NCBI RefSeq assembly: GCF_900079115.1 | Contig: NZ_LT549890.1 | Coordinates: 2,730,001-2,762,000, forward strand | DNA length: 32,000 nucleotides | From: Saccharolobus solfataricus | GTDB lineage: Archaea; Thermoproteota; Thermoprotei_A; Sulfolobales; Sulfolobaceae | Direction of reading: 5' to 3' | In this document: one piece after another, positions 15,825 through 27,193 of the stretch | Layout: each line of letters begins with the position of its first letter | How positions within the stretch are numbered: position 1 is the stretch's first letter | Notes under the pieces: generated by a model | Seen by the model: only the letters and a program-made list of their open reading frames with translations | Told to the model about the DNA's origin: nothing | Databases searched by the model: none | Position numbers and translations under genes: made by a program

Positions 15825-16901
15825 GTATTAATAAGGGAAAATACAGATAATTGTACAGTTTTGCAATAAAATTTACCATAACAACAAGTAAACACGTAAA
15901 CGAACCTCGTTAATTAACGAGTACCTTCGTCCTAATCCTCGTCGAAAGAATTTCGAGATCACGATAGAAGTTAAGGAAGAATACCTCCATAACCACTCCC
16001 CTTAAGGTTGTAGACGAAGCCTTACCTTCCCTAATCTTAACACCACTACCCTCAACCGGAAGTCTAGCACTACCAACATCCTTAACTAAGACGTCCTCCC
16101 TAAAAATCCAAGCCCTATCGGCCATTAACTTAACGTTATCAAATGAAAAGGCTAGATCACTCAAATTGGCCAATCCAACCTTGAAGTCCCTAACGAAATT
16201 AGTCCTCCTTTCCACAAGATTACAGACCTTAAACCCGAAGTAGGACTTACCGTGCTTCCTACCCCAACTACCCTTATACTTCCTAAAGGCTGTGAAGTTC
16301 TTGAGCCTGGAAGTAGTATAACCCATGAGGAGAAAAACGTCATTGAACCCCATCTCCTTAAGGTCAAGTGAGATCTTCTCAAGACCGTTTTGAAGACTCC
16401 TCTTTCCGGGGTAGGCTTCACGGAAGAATATGTCAATTATGTGGTAGTACTCGAACCTATCGTTTTTTTCTCTCCCAACTTCAAGTTCAAAGCCCTTTTC
16501 CCTATACTCGCTGATCACCTTGTCCAAAGCCTTGTTTAACTCATCCATTAGTGTTGTTCTCATTGTCTCGCCCTCTTGAATAACTGTTTGTTGAAGTTTC
16601 TTGTAGAAGAAGAATACTGTGCTCTTTGGTGGAACTTTCCCGCCCAAGAAGTCCATAAACCTCTTACTGTCCCTAATTTCTCCCTCCAAGTTATTCCAAG
16701 AGATGTCGAAAACGAACTTGATTAGGAGGACTTTGAGGAGTGAGATGACGTTCCACTTGGGCTTCTTGGAGTAAAGAGACTTAAGCTTACTCCTAAACGT
16801 TTCCCAAGGGAAGGATTTATCCACCTTGAGTAAGAGGTCCTTTTCAGTTGAAATTGCCTTTACCATAATATTATCTCATTCTAATTTCTTATTAATATTA
16901 C
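15825..16901 (-). mobile_element. IS5-like element (~1.08 kb) with a DUF772-type transposase
   Basis: Termini GTATTAATAAGG (15825-) and the reverse complement of 16901, GTAATATTAATAAGAA. The right end is confirmed by loss of homology to the fragment at 11359. Boundaries +/- 25 bp. Confidence 0.65.
15910..16866 (-). CDS. IS5/IS1182-like transposase (DUF772 N-terminal domain)
   Basis: KPKWNVISLLKVLLIKFVFDISWNNLEGEIRDSKRFMDFLGGKVPPKSTVFFFYKKL fits the DUF772 pattern. C-terminal LMADRAW is like the last DDE region. Confidence 0.8.
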   Translation of the reverse strand: MVKAISTEKDLLLKVDKSFPWETFRSKLKSLYSKKPKWNVISLLKVLLIKFVFDISWNNLEGEIRDSKRFMDFLGGKVPPKSTVFFFYKKLQQTVIQEGETMRTTLMDELNKALDKVISEYREKGFELEVGREKNDRFEYYHIIDIFFREAYPGKRSLQNGLEKISLDLKEMGFNDVFLLMGYTTSRLKNFTAFRKYKGSWGRKHGKSYFGFKVCNLVERRTNFVRDFKVGLANLSDLAFSFDNVKLMADRAWIFREDVLVKDVGSARLPVEGSGVKIREGKASSTTLRGVVMEVFFLNFYRDLEILSTRIRTKVLVN

Positions 16902-16991
16902 TCATGAATTGCCATTTTAATCAACTTGGATAACGTCACGTAGTTATCATGAGGGGATTGCGAGTAAGTACTTTAGAATAGGGTAGTTTAC

Positions 16992-17246
16992 TTGCATGAT
17001 GGTTTATCAGTTTGCAATGCCTTTGATTGGTTTAATGTTGGGCACAAGAGGGTCACGTTAGGCGATTACACTGAACAAGGGTTTAGGAAATTAAAGCATA
17101 GAGTCTCTTCAATGGACTTCGCTTGTAATTCCAATAAGTTAATGAGTTGGCTCTCGACCTTCTTCTTAATCTACAACCTCCTTTACATTCAAGTGTATTT
17201 AGTGGATAAGGGAGTGATGATAAATGCAAACATTTCAACTACATGA
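16992..17246 (+). pseudogene. C-terminal fragment of another DDE transposase (IS6-like pattern)
   Basis: DGLSVCNAF..H..V....EQGFRKLKHRV...F.....W...F..YN resembles the C-terminal DGL.sY..H..nn.iE...r.iK.R pattern. No N-terminal part is present, and the IS5-like element abuts upstream. Confidence 0.4.
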
Positions 17247-17273
17247 AATTGTTGTCCACACTCAGAAATGATG

Positions 17274-17368
17274 GGCGATTCATGTTTCCTTTACGAATTC
17301 AATTTGTTTCTCTAAAAATAGATAAGAATAATTGATTCTACATTTAGGGTAATGCTAATAATTTGAAG
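17274..17368. repeat. MITE-like family I end, truncated or interrupted by the IS630-like element
   Basis: GGGCGATTCATGTTTCCTTTACGAATTCAATTTGTTTC...AATAATTGATTCTACATTT matches 847-925 (~80 bp) and 6399-6436. Confidence 0.4.
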
Positions 17369-17393
17369 TATAGTCTTTTTCATATTAGGCACC

Positions 17394-17453
17394 ACATGCT
17401 CCGCCTCTAACAAAGTGACCGTAGCAGATCGGGATTCTCTGCCACCGTAGGAG
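17394..17453. repeat. Left arm of the 60-bp perfect inverted repeat
   Basis: ACATGCTCCGCCTCTAACAAAGTGACCGTAGCAGATCGGGATTCTCTGCCACCGTAGGAG is the reverse complement of 18679-18738. Confidence 0.9.
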
Positions 17454-17586
17454 TTGCAAAGGGGACTAGAAGGGATTATCAAACTTAGTGAGGAGATGCT
17501 GGGTTGAACGAGTAGCGTCCTAAGCACATCCATTTTCCAGCATCTCCCCAAAACATATTAGACAAAAAAAGAATTATTAAAGATAA

Positions 17587-17970
17587 ATGGGTGTGCTTAG
17601 GACACTAAAAAGGAGGATCAGAAAGCTGATCGAAAAGAAGCCCAAGAACCTAAACGAAACCAAATCAAGAGGAATATTACTATACTTGGAAGGAATGAAC
17701 ACTAGAAAAATAGCCAAGATACTACAAGTACACTTGAGCACAGTTTACAGACGGATCAACCAATTCGAGAAAGAAGGAGAGAAATGCCTATTCTACAAGG
17801 AGAGAAAAGGAAGAAACAAGAAGATGGACGAAAAGGAGATAAAAGTAGAAGAACTTCAAGAAACCATATGGGAAGCAAAGGCTTATATAGAGGAGAAGTT
17901 TCACGTTAAATTAAGCTACGTAACAGCTTGGAGAATAGCTAGGAAAAGATTGAAAATCCCCTACATATAA
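17587..17970 (+). CDS. IS630-family transposase, N-terminal HTH part
   Basis: GMNTRKIAKILQVHLSTVYRRINQFEKEG, then a second HTH (LSYVTAWRIARKRL). Confidence 0.8.
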   Translation: MGVLRTLKRRIRKLIEKKPKNLNETKSRGILLYLEGMNTRKIAKILQVHLSTVYRRINQFEKEGEKCLFYKERKGRNKKMDEKEIKVEELQETIWEAKAYIEEKFHVKLSYVTAWRIARKRLKIPYI

Positions 17971-18001
17971 CAAGAAGAGGCCCTTTAACGCAGATAACAT
18001 C

Positions 18002-18725
18002 TTGAGGGAGAGGTTAAAGGGTGTTATTAAGAAGGGTGTTAAGGTGTTTTTCACGGATGAGTCAGGTATTCATCACGATCCTTCCAAGGTTAGGAGATTG
18101 GGGTTGTATAATGTTCCCGTTGATTATCCCAGTAGGAAGCTTAATGTTCTCGCTTCTATTCCCTTGTTTGACGGTGTTCCTTGTTTCATGTCCACCTATT
18201 CCAATGTTAATTTCAAGATCTTTGCTGAGTTTCTTCGCTTGTTTAGGAATTCCGGTCCTATCGTGTTGATCCTTGATAGTGCTAAGTTTCACAAGAATGC
18301 TTATGTTTTCTCCGTTGCTTCTCAGCTCGGCATTACCTTGCTTTTCTTACCTCCGTATTCTCCGGATTTGAATCCGATTGAGTTTGGAGGGACTTGGTTC
18401 GTGGGTTAATACTTATTATAATCTTGAATACACTCTTGATTCGATGGAGGAGGAGTTCTATTATTTGTTTTTGACGCATGATTATACAAGCTATTGGGTT
18501 AATAAGTTTCGTGACGTGCTCGAGAAACTGGAGGAAGAGGTTAGTATGAAACAATTTTTATCGATTCTCCTTTATTATTTATTCTCAAATTCTATCAAGT
18601 TTAATTCATTAACTATTCAGACTTATTCGAGTGTTCTTCTATATTTTGTATTGGGAAATATTAATTTCTCCTTCGCATCTCCTACGGTGGCAGAGAATCC
18701 CGATCTGCTACGGTCACTTTGTTAG
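18002..18725 (+). pseudogene. IS630-family DDE part, split over two frames (18002-18409 and 18378-18725)
   Basis: VFFTDESG, LILDSAKFHKN, LPPYSPDLNPIEF, then a frame change before ...YYNLEYTLDSMEEEF. Two frame changes are needed relative to orfA to rebuild a ~360-aa protein. Confidence 0.6.
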
Positions 18726-18738
18726 AGGCGGAGCATGT
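18679..18738. repeat. Right arm of the 60-bp perfect inverted repeat
   Basis: Exact reverse complement of 17394-17453. Confidence 0.9.
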
Positions 18739-18812
18739 AGTGCCTATTAAGAAAAAGACTATATTTAGATTTTTGACTACCTAAGAAGTAAGATGAAAAG
18801 TATTATATGTAT

Positions 18813-19844
18813 TCAAATTTTTAAATTTTTATTATAAAAATTTACTTTATTTATCGTGTAATAGACTTTAGCAAGGGCTATGCGTTTTAAAAGTTTGGCG
18901 AAATTTCCTCTAACTGGTAATCCCATAAACACTCCCATAAAGTTGTTATCGATATCTACTATATCTCCTAAAGGCATTGGCTTAAATTTTTCATCTCTAC
19001 CTTCAATTGCATTTAGTATTGCGTGGACACCAGATTGCATGGAAATTTCTGCGTTCGAAGGGTAAAATGTGGACGCACATACACCAGCTCCATAAACGTC
19101 CTTGTAATCCACAGAAGATAGATCCTCGTTAACGTTAATCTTTCCATCTTTTAAACTGAGTTTAAGATTTGTTAAAAAATTCGAGCCCTTGATTCCACCT
19201 GCATAAAATATGTGGTCTCCAGAAAACTCTCCTTTACTTGTTATAACAGTTTTACCTCTTATTTCTTCTACGGATGCGTCTAGAATTACTTCAACCCCTA
19301 ATTCGGCTAGAATGTTTTCGGCCTTTAAGGAGATCTGGGGAGGCATATGAGGTAATATCCTAGCTCCTCTATTTATCAATATGACTCTTTCTTTCCCTTT
19401 TCTTTTAATTTTGCTCACCAATTCTATCGTACTTCCTACAACTTCGACTCCCAGATCTCCTCCTCCTATTACTATTAAAGTCCTAGCTTTTTCAATTTCA
19501 TTATGCATTTTAATTGCGTCTTCAAAGCTCTCTAGTTTCATAACATGCTCGTTCGCACCTTTTATTTTAGATAGGTCTTGGGAATATCCTAGGGAAATAA
19601 TTAATTTATCATAACTAATTTCTCCTTTATTTGTAATTATCTTCTTTTCATTAAATTTTATATTTACAACTTCTGCTACTATGTCAGGTTTTCTATAAAC
19701 TAGAGCGCTTTCTCCATCTGCTAAGGTATGTACAATTTTTGGTGTCATTAAAAAATATTCGCTTCTATCTATTAAAATTGCATTAGGATATTTACTTTTA
19801 GCTGCGATACCAGCAAATCCTCCGCCAACTATTACAACTCTCAC
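18813..19844 (-). CDS. FAD-dependent pyridine nucleotide-disulfide oxidoreductase, type II NADH dehydrogenase-like
   Basis: GTG start. VVIVGGGFAGIAA (FAD Rossmann), LIVIGGGDLGVEV (second dinucleotide fold), VYGAGVCA. Confidence 0.8.
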   Translation of the reverse strand: MRVVIVGGGFAGIAAKSKYPNAILIDRSEYFLMTPKIVHTLADGESALVYRKPDIVAEVVNIKFNEKKIITNKGEISYDKLIISLGYSQDLSKIKGANEHVMKLESFEDAIKMHNEIEKARTLIVIGGGDLGVEVVGSTIELVSKIKRKGKERVILINRGARILPHMPPQISLKAENILAELGVEVILDASVEEIRGKTVITSKGEFSGDHIFYAGGIKGSNFLTNLKLSLKDGKINVNEDLSSVDYKDVYGAGVCASTFYPSNAEISMQSGVHAILNAIEGRDEKFKPMPLGDIVDIDNNFMGVFMGLPVRGNFAKLLKRIALAKVYYTINKVNFYNKNLKI

Positions 19845-19850
19845 TACTTA

Positions 19851-21509
<1,659 letters not shown>

Positions 21510-21879
21510 ACCTTATCTTATTATAATATAGCTAAAAATCTTATATTTATAACCTAGAAAATGAGAATGATAATCAATAAACTAAATTTTTCATAATATA
21601 AAGTAAATTTATAGGAAAATATTATAAATTAGAATTTTCCTTTATGTTATAGCTATTTTATACCATTTTTCCTACTTTAGGGAAACTTATTAATTGATTA
21701 TAGGTACAATCTTGGATCTGAATAACGTTGATTACATAGAATTTATATACGTTCTCAAGATAGAAGGAAAAAGTGCATAATGACGTTGTCGCATTATATA
21801 ACTTAAAGAAAAAGAAAAGGGGTTATGATAGGAGCCTCCATACCGTTGGGCTCGAAGGTTAATAAAAGGCGGCAGTTTT

Positions 21880-22065
21880 ATATGAGATTTTAACGCATTT
21901 TAAAGATTTCCATAAGGCCCACTATTTCTACTAAACATTTTTCAATGAATCTTAACATTTACTCTACACTGATAGTTTTAAGGGATAAATATATTTCCAT
22001 AACCGCATTAACTAACTAAAAGGAGAGCCTAACCTTAAAGTTATGAACACTACATTAGCCCTGTT
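21880..22065. repeat. MITE-like element, family II, degenerate right end
   Basis: The left end ATATGAGATTTTAACGCATTTTA matches 12516-12540. The interior is ~70% identical to 12556-12663. The right TIR is not recognisable. Confidence 0.4.
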
Positions 22066-22319
22066 TACCAGCTGAGTTGTCTGTACTTTCATATCTTTTC
22101 ATTGGGGGGTCTAGAGAATTTAAATATTTTCTCCATGATAACGGTTTTCTAGTATTACCAAGGGAAAATATGATAACTGTTGTAAAAACTTCACTAAAAT
22201 AGTAGTTTCCGTGCCCTTGATAAAGAGACAATCTATTTCCTCTACTAGCGGATTACAACAGTATTCTCTGCTTTGTTTACCTTAGTAATTACGTAAGGCA
22301 TAAATAATTAAATCTAACC

Positions 22320-22901
22320 TCATTTACTCCAAACAAAGAACGAAAATCCGTTCTCCTCTCCATACCAATCTAATTTGAATTTATCTCCTAAATCCTTCTT
22401 TATTTTACCCCTAAATACTAAAGTATCGATAACTACAAACTTGCCTTTCTCTTTTAACACTCTATGAACCTCATCACTTATCTTAGTCCTACCGTCTTTA
22501 CCAATATTTGATAAAAACATTACACTATACACAAAATCAAAATAAGTATCTTGGTATGATAAAGTGAATTGATCCGTAAACTCCCCTAACGCTATCTTAG
22601 CTTTATCAATCTCAATATTCTTAATTAAATCATCTCTAGAGACCTTTTTCCAGTCGTCTACTGCATGAAATTCTGCTTCACTTATTAACTTTGATAAGAT
22701 TACAGTAATAAGACCATTTCCACAACCTAAATCTAAAATCCTTTTTCCATCTCTTATTAATGGATATAATCTCCTTGCAAGGTAAATCATTTCGTCAATG
22801 GATATCCCCATCCTCATTAGTGGCTTATATCTACTGTCAACGTTCTCTATTCTAATTCCAATCCTCGTGAGTTCTGGATGGGTATTCTCAAACATGCTCA
22901 T
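22320..22901 (-). CDS. Class I SAM-dependent methyltransferase
   Basis: Motif I ILDLGCGNGL, followed by an acidic loop (AVDDW) and LKEKGKFVVID. Confidence 0.8.
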   Translation of the reverse strand: MSMFENTHPELTRIGIRIENVDSRYKPLMRMGISIDEMIYLARRLYPLIRDGKRILDLGCGNGLITVILSKLISEAEFHAVDDWKKVSRDDLIKNIEIDKAKIALGEFTDQFTLSYQDTYFDFVYSVMFLSNIGKDGRTKISDEVHRVLKEKGKFVVIDTLVFRGKIKKDLGDKFKLDWYGEENGFSFFVWSK

Positions 22902-22987
22902 TAGATAACTTCTCTCTGCATATAAAATAAAGATGACTACTAATGATTTAGGAAAAATTTTTTAGACACACGTTAGTATTATCATTA

Positions 22988-23761
22988 ATGAATAGAAGAA
23001 ACTTAATTACAGCAATAATAGGAATTATTGTAATAGCTACTGGGATCATTGTATACGCTACTCATTTTATAGCTTCTGCTCAACCAATTCCTGCTGGAAA
23101 GTTCGTAAAGATAAGCAATATCGACTTAGCCCCAAAGGGTAAAGTGATAATAGTAGAGCAATCCTGGTATGGCTGTCCAGTAGGTGCTGCGGCTTCTTGG
23201 GCAATATATGACGTTTTGCAACATTATGGTAATTTAAGCTACGAATTACATTACTCTGACCCGGATCACAATCCCGCTAACATTCCGGGACTAATATTCA
23301 CCGGTTTCAATAGCACTTCAGTAGTTGAATTTTACGTAGCGTATGTCTATAACGAATATCTAAACGCTTCATATAACGGTACATTAATTCCTCAAAACGA
23401 GTTAATATCGGTTGGCGAACAAATTTTAGAGGAGGAAATTGCAAAAATGGGTTTATCACCACAAGTAGCTCAGTATATTATCCAGTATGAGACGGAAGTG
23501 GCAATACAACAATATGGAGAGCCTTCAGCACTTTATGTTAAACCTCCTCACCTAAATTTTGCAATACTAATCTCTGGTCCAAATGGTACTTATATTGTGA
23601 CTACGCCAATAGTTAATCCCACAATTCTTGAAGGATATACACCAAGTTATGTTCTGAATAATTTAGATCAGTTTCCACAAATAGTTCAAGCAGCTCAAAT
23701 GATACAAAACACCATACTGGAAGCTGCGGGACCATTGGCTGGAGAATGTCCAACAATTTAA
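22988..23761 (+). CDS. Membrane-anchored extracytoplasmic protein of unknown function (possibly DUF929, from memory)
   Basis: N-terminal TM helix (LITAIIGIIVIATGIIVYA), then a soluble domain with WYGCPVGAAASW and a C-terminal Cys. Confidence 0.55.
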   Translation: MNRRNLITAIIGIIVIATGIIVYATHFIASAQPIPAGKFVKISNIDLAPKGKVIIVEQSWYGCPVGAAASWAIYDVLQHYGNLSYELHYSDPDHNPANIPGLIFTGFNSTSVVEFYVAYVYNEYLNASYNGTLIPQNELISVGEQILEEEIAKMGLSPQVAQYIIQYETEVAIQQYGEPSALYVKPPHLNFAILISGPNGTYIVTTPIVNPTILEGYTPSYVLNNLDQFPQIVQAAQMIQNTILEAAGPLAGECPTI

Positions 23762-23817
23762 AAAAGAACTTTTTTAATATTTAAATAAGAAACTTGATTT
23801 AGTAACTATTTTTCCCC

Positions 23818-24027
23818 TTAAATTTCCTTTCTAAGCGTAAGTATACTATTTAATATTCTTCTAGCCTCTGTTTGCTCTTCAATCGGCATTTTATCTATGT
23901 TTTCAATTACGTAATCTATTAATTCTTCTACTCTATCACAAGCTTCACAATCTACACATTTTTTACATTCCTCCGAAAGGGATAAGATTTGAGAATATAT
24001 TTTCTTCAACTCAACAACTTTCATCAA
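23818..24027 (-). CDS. Small Cys-rich hypothetical protein (69 aa)
   Basis: ECKKCVDCEAC cluster in an otherwise helical, charged sequence. Isolated ORF with its own intergenic flanks. Confidence 0.4.
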   Translation of the reverse strand: MMKVVELKKIYSQILSLSEECKKCVDCEACDRVEELIDYVIENIDKMPIEEQTEARRILNSILTLRKEI

Positions 24028-24086
24028 ATATAAAATATTCTCTTGGTAGTAAATAAACTTTTAATTTCTCTTAAGGAGTTTGTTGT

Positions 24087-25886
24087 TTGATGGATTATGC
24101 ATTGTTGAGCTTAATGTTACTTTTCACCTTACTACTTGCGTTCATCTTAACTAGGCTAAAGGTCTCGCCAGTTATTGCTTATCTTTTAGGTGGGTTAATA
24201 GCTTTCAATTATTTTCATTTTGACTTTAACTCTTCATATTTTGAAATATTAAACTTTCTAGCCCTAAACTTGTTGGCATTCGAGATTGGTACCTCTTTCG
24301 ATATTTCTAGAGCTAAGGAGTTGTTTAGGAGGGCAATGGGAATTGCGTTGACTGAGTTAATACTTATAGTGTTAATTTCTTACTTCATTGGACTCTATTT
24401 ACTACACCTAGACCTATTTGCTTCATTATTCCTTGTAATGGCATCTATAGATACTAGCACTTCCATTTTGTACAAGATAATTGGGAATAAAGTGGATAAG
24501 AACGATAGGGACTTATTAGTGGCAGTAGCTTCAGTTGAAGATATTGAAGTTTTCTTCTTATATTCTATTGCCATAGCGCTTAACGGTTCCTTTAACGTTT
24601 TTAGAATATCGTTTGTAATCCTAGAAGTTTTCATAGCTTCACTGATAATTTACGCTTTTGCGAAGTATTTTCTCACCGGATTGTCAATATTCAAGTTTAC
24701 GAGTTTTGAAGATGAGAGTATATTGATATTAGTACCAATAGTTTTAGTATTTGTATTTGAATATATTTCACAAGTTACTCAAGTCCCAGCTACTTTGACA
24801 ATGATTTTAGCTGGTATAGCTTTTTCATCAATAAGTGGTAGTGAGAAAGTATTAAGGTATACTGGACCCATAAGGGAATTTTCCTTGATATTCTTTTTCC
24901 TTTCAGTAGGGAGTTATTTAAAAATAACTGCGGGTATATCTACATTTGTTTTAATATCCTTCATAATTCTTGCAATAAAGTACTTTTCATTCAGCACTGC
25001 ATCTTGGGTTTCCGGGACTACTTTAGTCAAGGCGTTTACTAATGGCTTATACATGTTGCCTTTAAGTGAATTTGGAATAATAGTTTCATTGCAAGCACTA
25101 CAACAAGGCATAGACATTGCCATAGTCTATTACATTTCAGTAGTGGTTGTATTGGTATCGTCAATAATAGCCTCAATTTTAGCAGTTAGGGTGAACGTTC
25201 TTCAAAGAGTTATTGGAATAGTTTACTCCCGTTCATACTTTTTAAGACAACTAGATTCCACAATAATATGGCTCAATAAGACACTTAGTACAAATCTTTC
25301 TCCAATATTAAGGTCTGTATTGTTTAGGGGATTTGTAAAGATGTTCTTATATTTAATCCTGCCTTATGTATTATTTCCTATCATAAACAGTATTGTTAAG
25401 AGTATAATTGATCCCATCAACAATTTAATTTTACAGTATTTGCTTTACTCTGGAGAGATAGTTATTGCCCTCTTTCTCTTATATTTATTCCTATTAGAAG
25501 GATCTCGACTATATTCTATTATCAATAATGAAATATTAGTTAGGATAGTCAGAGTAAGAAGCAGGCTATTTAAAGAGTTTTGGTTTGGACTAACCTCATT
25601 CTCTTCAACATTTTATACCATAATACTCACTATTATCTATATTATTTTTGAGATAATTCCTCTATTATACAACTTTCCAATAAGACTAGTTTTCGTCCCT
25701 CTCTTAATAAGCTTATATTTCATTTACAGATATAGAGCCCCTCCCATAACGTATACGCGTATAGATAATAAGGAGGCAGATAAAATAGTAAAGCTAAGTG
25801 TGAAAGTTATCAAGAAAATGAGAAAAAGGAGGAGCAAGAGGAGTATAATATCAACAACAAAAACAGTAAGGAGAGAATGGTCTTAG
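24087..25886 (+). CDS. Cation:proton antiporter (Na+/H+ exchanger / Kef-like) with a long C-terminal membrane extension
   Basis: The N-terminus LTRLKVSPVIAYLLGGLIAF is typical of the CPA family. More than 12 hydrophobic segments and a basic tail KKMRKRRSKRS. Confidence 0.65.
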   Translation: MMDYALLSLMLLFTLLLAFILTRLKVSPVIAYLLGGLIAFNYFHFDFNSSYFEILNFLALNLLAFEIGTSFDISRAKELFRRAMGIALTELILIVLISYFIGLYLLHLDLFASLFLVMASIDTSTSILYKIIGNKVDKNDRDLLVAVASVEDIEVFFLYSIAIALNGSFNVFRISFVILEVFIASLIIYAFAKYFLTGLSIFKFTSFEDESILILVPIVLVFVFEYISQVTQVPATLTMILAGIAFSSISGSEKVLRYTGPIREFSLIFFFLSVGSYLKITAGISTFVLISFIILAIKYFSFSTASWVSGTTLVKAFTNGLYMLPLSEFGIIVSLQALQQGIDIAIVYYISVVVVLVSSIIASILAVRVNVLQRVIGIVYSRSYFLRQLDSTIIWLNKTLSTNLSPILRSVLFRGFVKMFLYLILPYVLFPIINSIVKSIIDPINNLILQYLLYSGEIVIALFLLYLFLLEGSRLYSIINNEILVRIVRVRSRLFKEFWFGLTSFSSTFYTIILTIIYIIFEIIPLLYNFPIRLVFVPLLISLYFIYRYRAPPITYTRIDNKEADKIVKLSVKVIKKMRKRRSKRSIISTTKTVRREWS

Positions 25887-25964
25887 AATTCTCATGATAT
25901 TTTCACAACTATTATATGATAATGAGTAATTAATGTTGAAGATTATCGCCGTGCAAATTAGCCT

Positions 25965-26723
25965 CTATTTAGTCACTTTTCGCAATGTATTAAATTCTAC
26001 TAAACCACTATGCAATCTATGTAGCGAACTTGATAAATGCTTTAAGAATATTACCGTAAGAATTGGAAGAGATACATAAGCTATAAATACTGCCTGCCAC
26101 CCCACAGTTGTCAAGAATATGAGATTGCTTACTTCTACAGATTCAGCTAATAAGACTGGTATTGACACACAACAAGATGCTCCAGCTATTATACCAATTA
26201 ATGGAATGAAGACTAAATATTTCAATTTTTTATTTAAAGAGATAATTGTGATTAAACTAGAGGTTACTAAGATAGCAATATAGAGACCCATCGATATACT
26301 ATATAGAGAAAGATCAATAACAATATTGGGTGGGATAAAGGCAGTTATAGTCGGGTTAAAAATTAAGGATAAACCCAAATTCGTTATACTGGGTGAAATA
26401 CCAAAGGGTGTATTAAATAAGGAGACGAATGCAGTTTGAGGATTGGATATCGTAGGTTTATAAATATAAGTTAATAGTTCAACTATGGCTACACTATAAA
26501 CTAAGTAATGGGTTATTAAATAAGAGAAGAAAATCCCCCATTTGGTACCTTTTCTTTTATATGATCCCATAACCTGAAGTTCTGCTCTGAATACGGTATT
26601 GAAGAGTAGATATGTTAAAAATATCCAAAAGGTGACAATTGGGATTAACTCATTTAATGGAAACATGTAAGCCAATGCTAAGCTCATGACAATTGGGATT
26701 GTGGAAAGAAAATATAACTTCAT
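25965..26723 (-). CDS. Polytopic membrane protein, unknown function
   Basis: 252 aa with about 7 hydrophobic helices. An intramembrane Cys pair (GASCCVSIP). Confidence 0.55.
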   Translation of the reverse strand: MKLYFLSTIPIVMSLALAYMFPLNELIPIVTFWIFLTYLLFNTVFRAELQVMGSYKRKGTKWGIFFSYLITHYLVYSVAIVELLTYIYKPTISNPQTAFVSLFNTPFGISPSITNLGLSLIFNPTITAFIPPNIVIDLSLYSISMGLYIAILVTSSLITIISLNKKLKYLVFIPLIGIIAGASCCVSIPVLLAESVEVSNLIFLTTVGWQAVFIAYVSLPILTVIFLKHLSSSLHRLHSGLVEFNTLRKVTK

Positions 26724-26752
26724 AAATAAAAATAACTACGAAGGGATTAAAA

Positions 26753-27193
26753 TTATTTTATCAAACTCAACAATTGACTTATGGACGGCATTGAGGTGGA
26801 AGTTGTTGCTACGTAGCTGATATAATATACCTTTCCTCCATTAAGGATATAAAGGGATTCTGAAAGTCCATGAGAGTAATATGATATTAAATAGTTCTCA
26901 TATTGCTCCACTTGCCCTAATGAGTTTGCGTAAAAGAAGCTCTGCGCTTGCGTAACGGAAGGGAAGGAGTACTGGGTTATAACTAGGACATTACCTTGAG
27001 AATCTATTAGTATTTCGGTTACTGTGTTATTCCCAGAGTAATAATTTTGAACGCTCCAACTTCCCCCAAGTTCCCTACTTACTGCACTGGTTGATATAAA
27101 GGGATTCACTACTGTAAGGACTCCAGATGATAATACCACCAATGCAGCAATTACCATTACTACTATTGGTACTACAATTTTACCTTTTTTCAT
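26753..27193 (-). CDS. Membrane-anchored or secreted small protein, unknown function
   Basis: N-terminal signal anchor KKGKIVVPIVVMVIAALVVL. Beta-rich remainder. 29 nt upstream of the preceding membrane protein gene. Confidence 0.5.
   Translation of the reverse strand: MKKGKIVVPIVVMVIAALVVLSSGVLTVVNPFISTSAVSRELGGSWSVQNYYSGNNTVTEILIDSQGNVLVITQYSFPSVTQAQSFFYANSLGQVEQYENYLISYYSHGLSESLYILNGGKVYYISYVATTSTSMPSISQLLSLIK

Larger units (their letters stand above)
17369..18763 (+). mobile_element. IS630-family element with long TIRs (ISC1395-like)
   Basis: 60-bp perfect inverted repeat 17394-17453 / 18679-18738, extending imperfectly to the termini TAGTCTTTTT (17371) and AAAAAGACTA (18761). TA flanks both ends (17369-17370, 18762-18763). 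Confidence 0.85.

Noticed and set aside
17312-17551. 79-aa minus-strand ORF
   Set aside because: It spans a MITE-like end, the IS630-like terminus and its 60-bp TIR. No coding signal is visible, and it is explained by repeat DNA.
18362-18380. tRNA T-arm-like palindrome GGATTTGAATCC
   Set aside because: It encodes the conserved PDLNP motif of the IS630 transposase. No acceptor or anticodon arms could be built around it.
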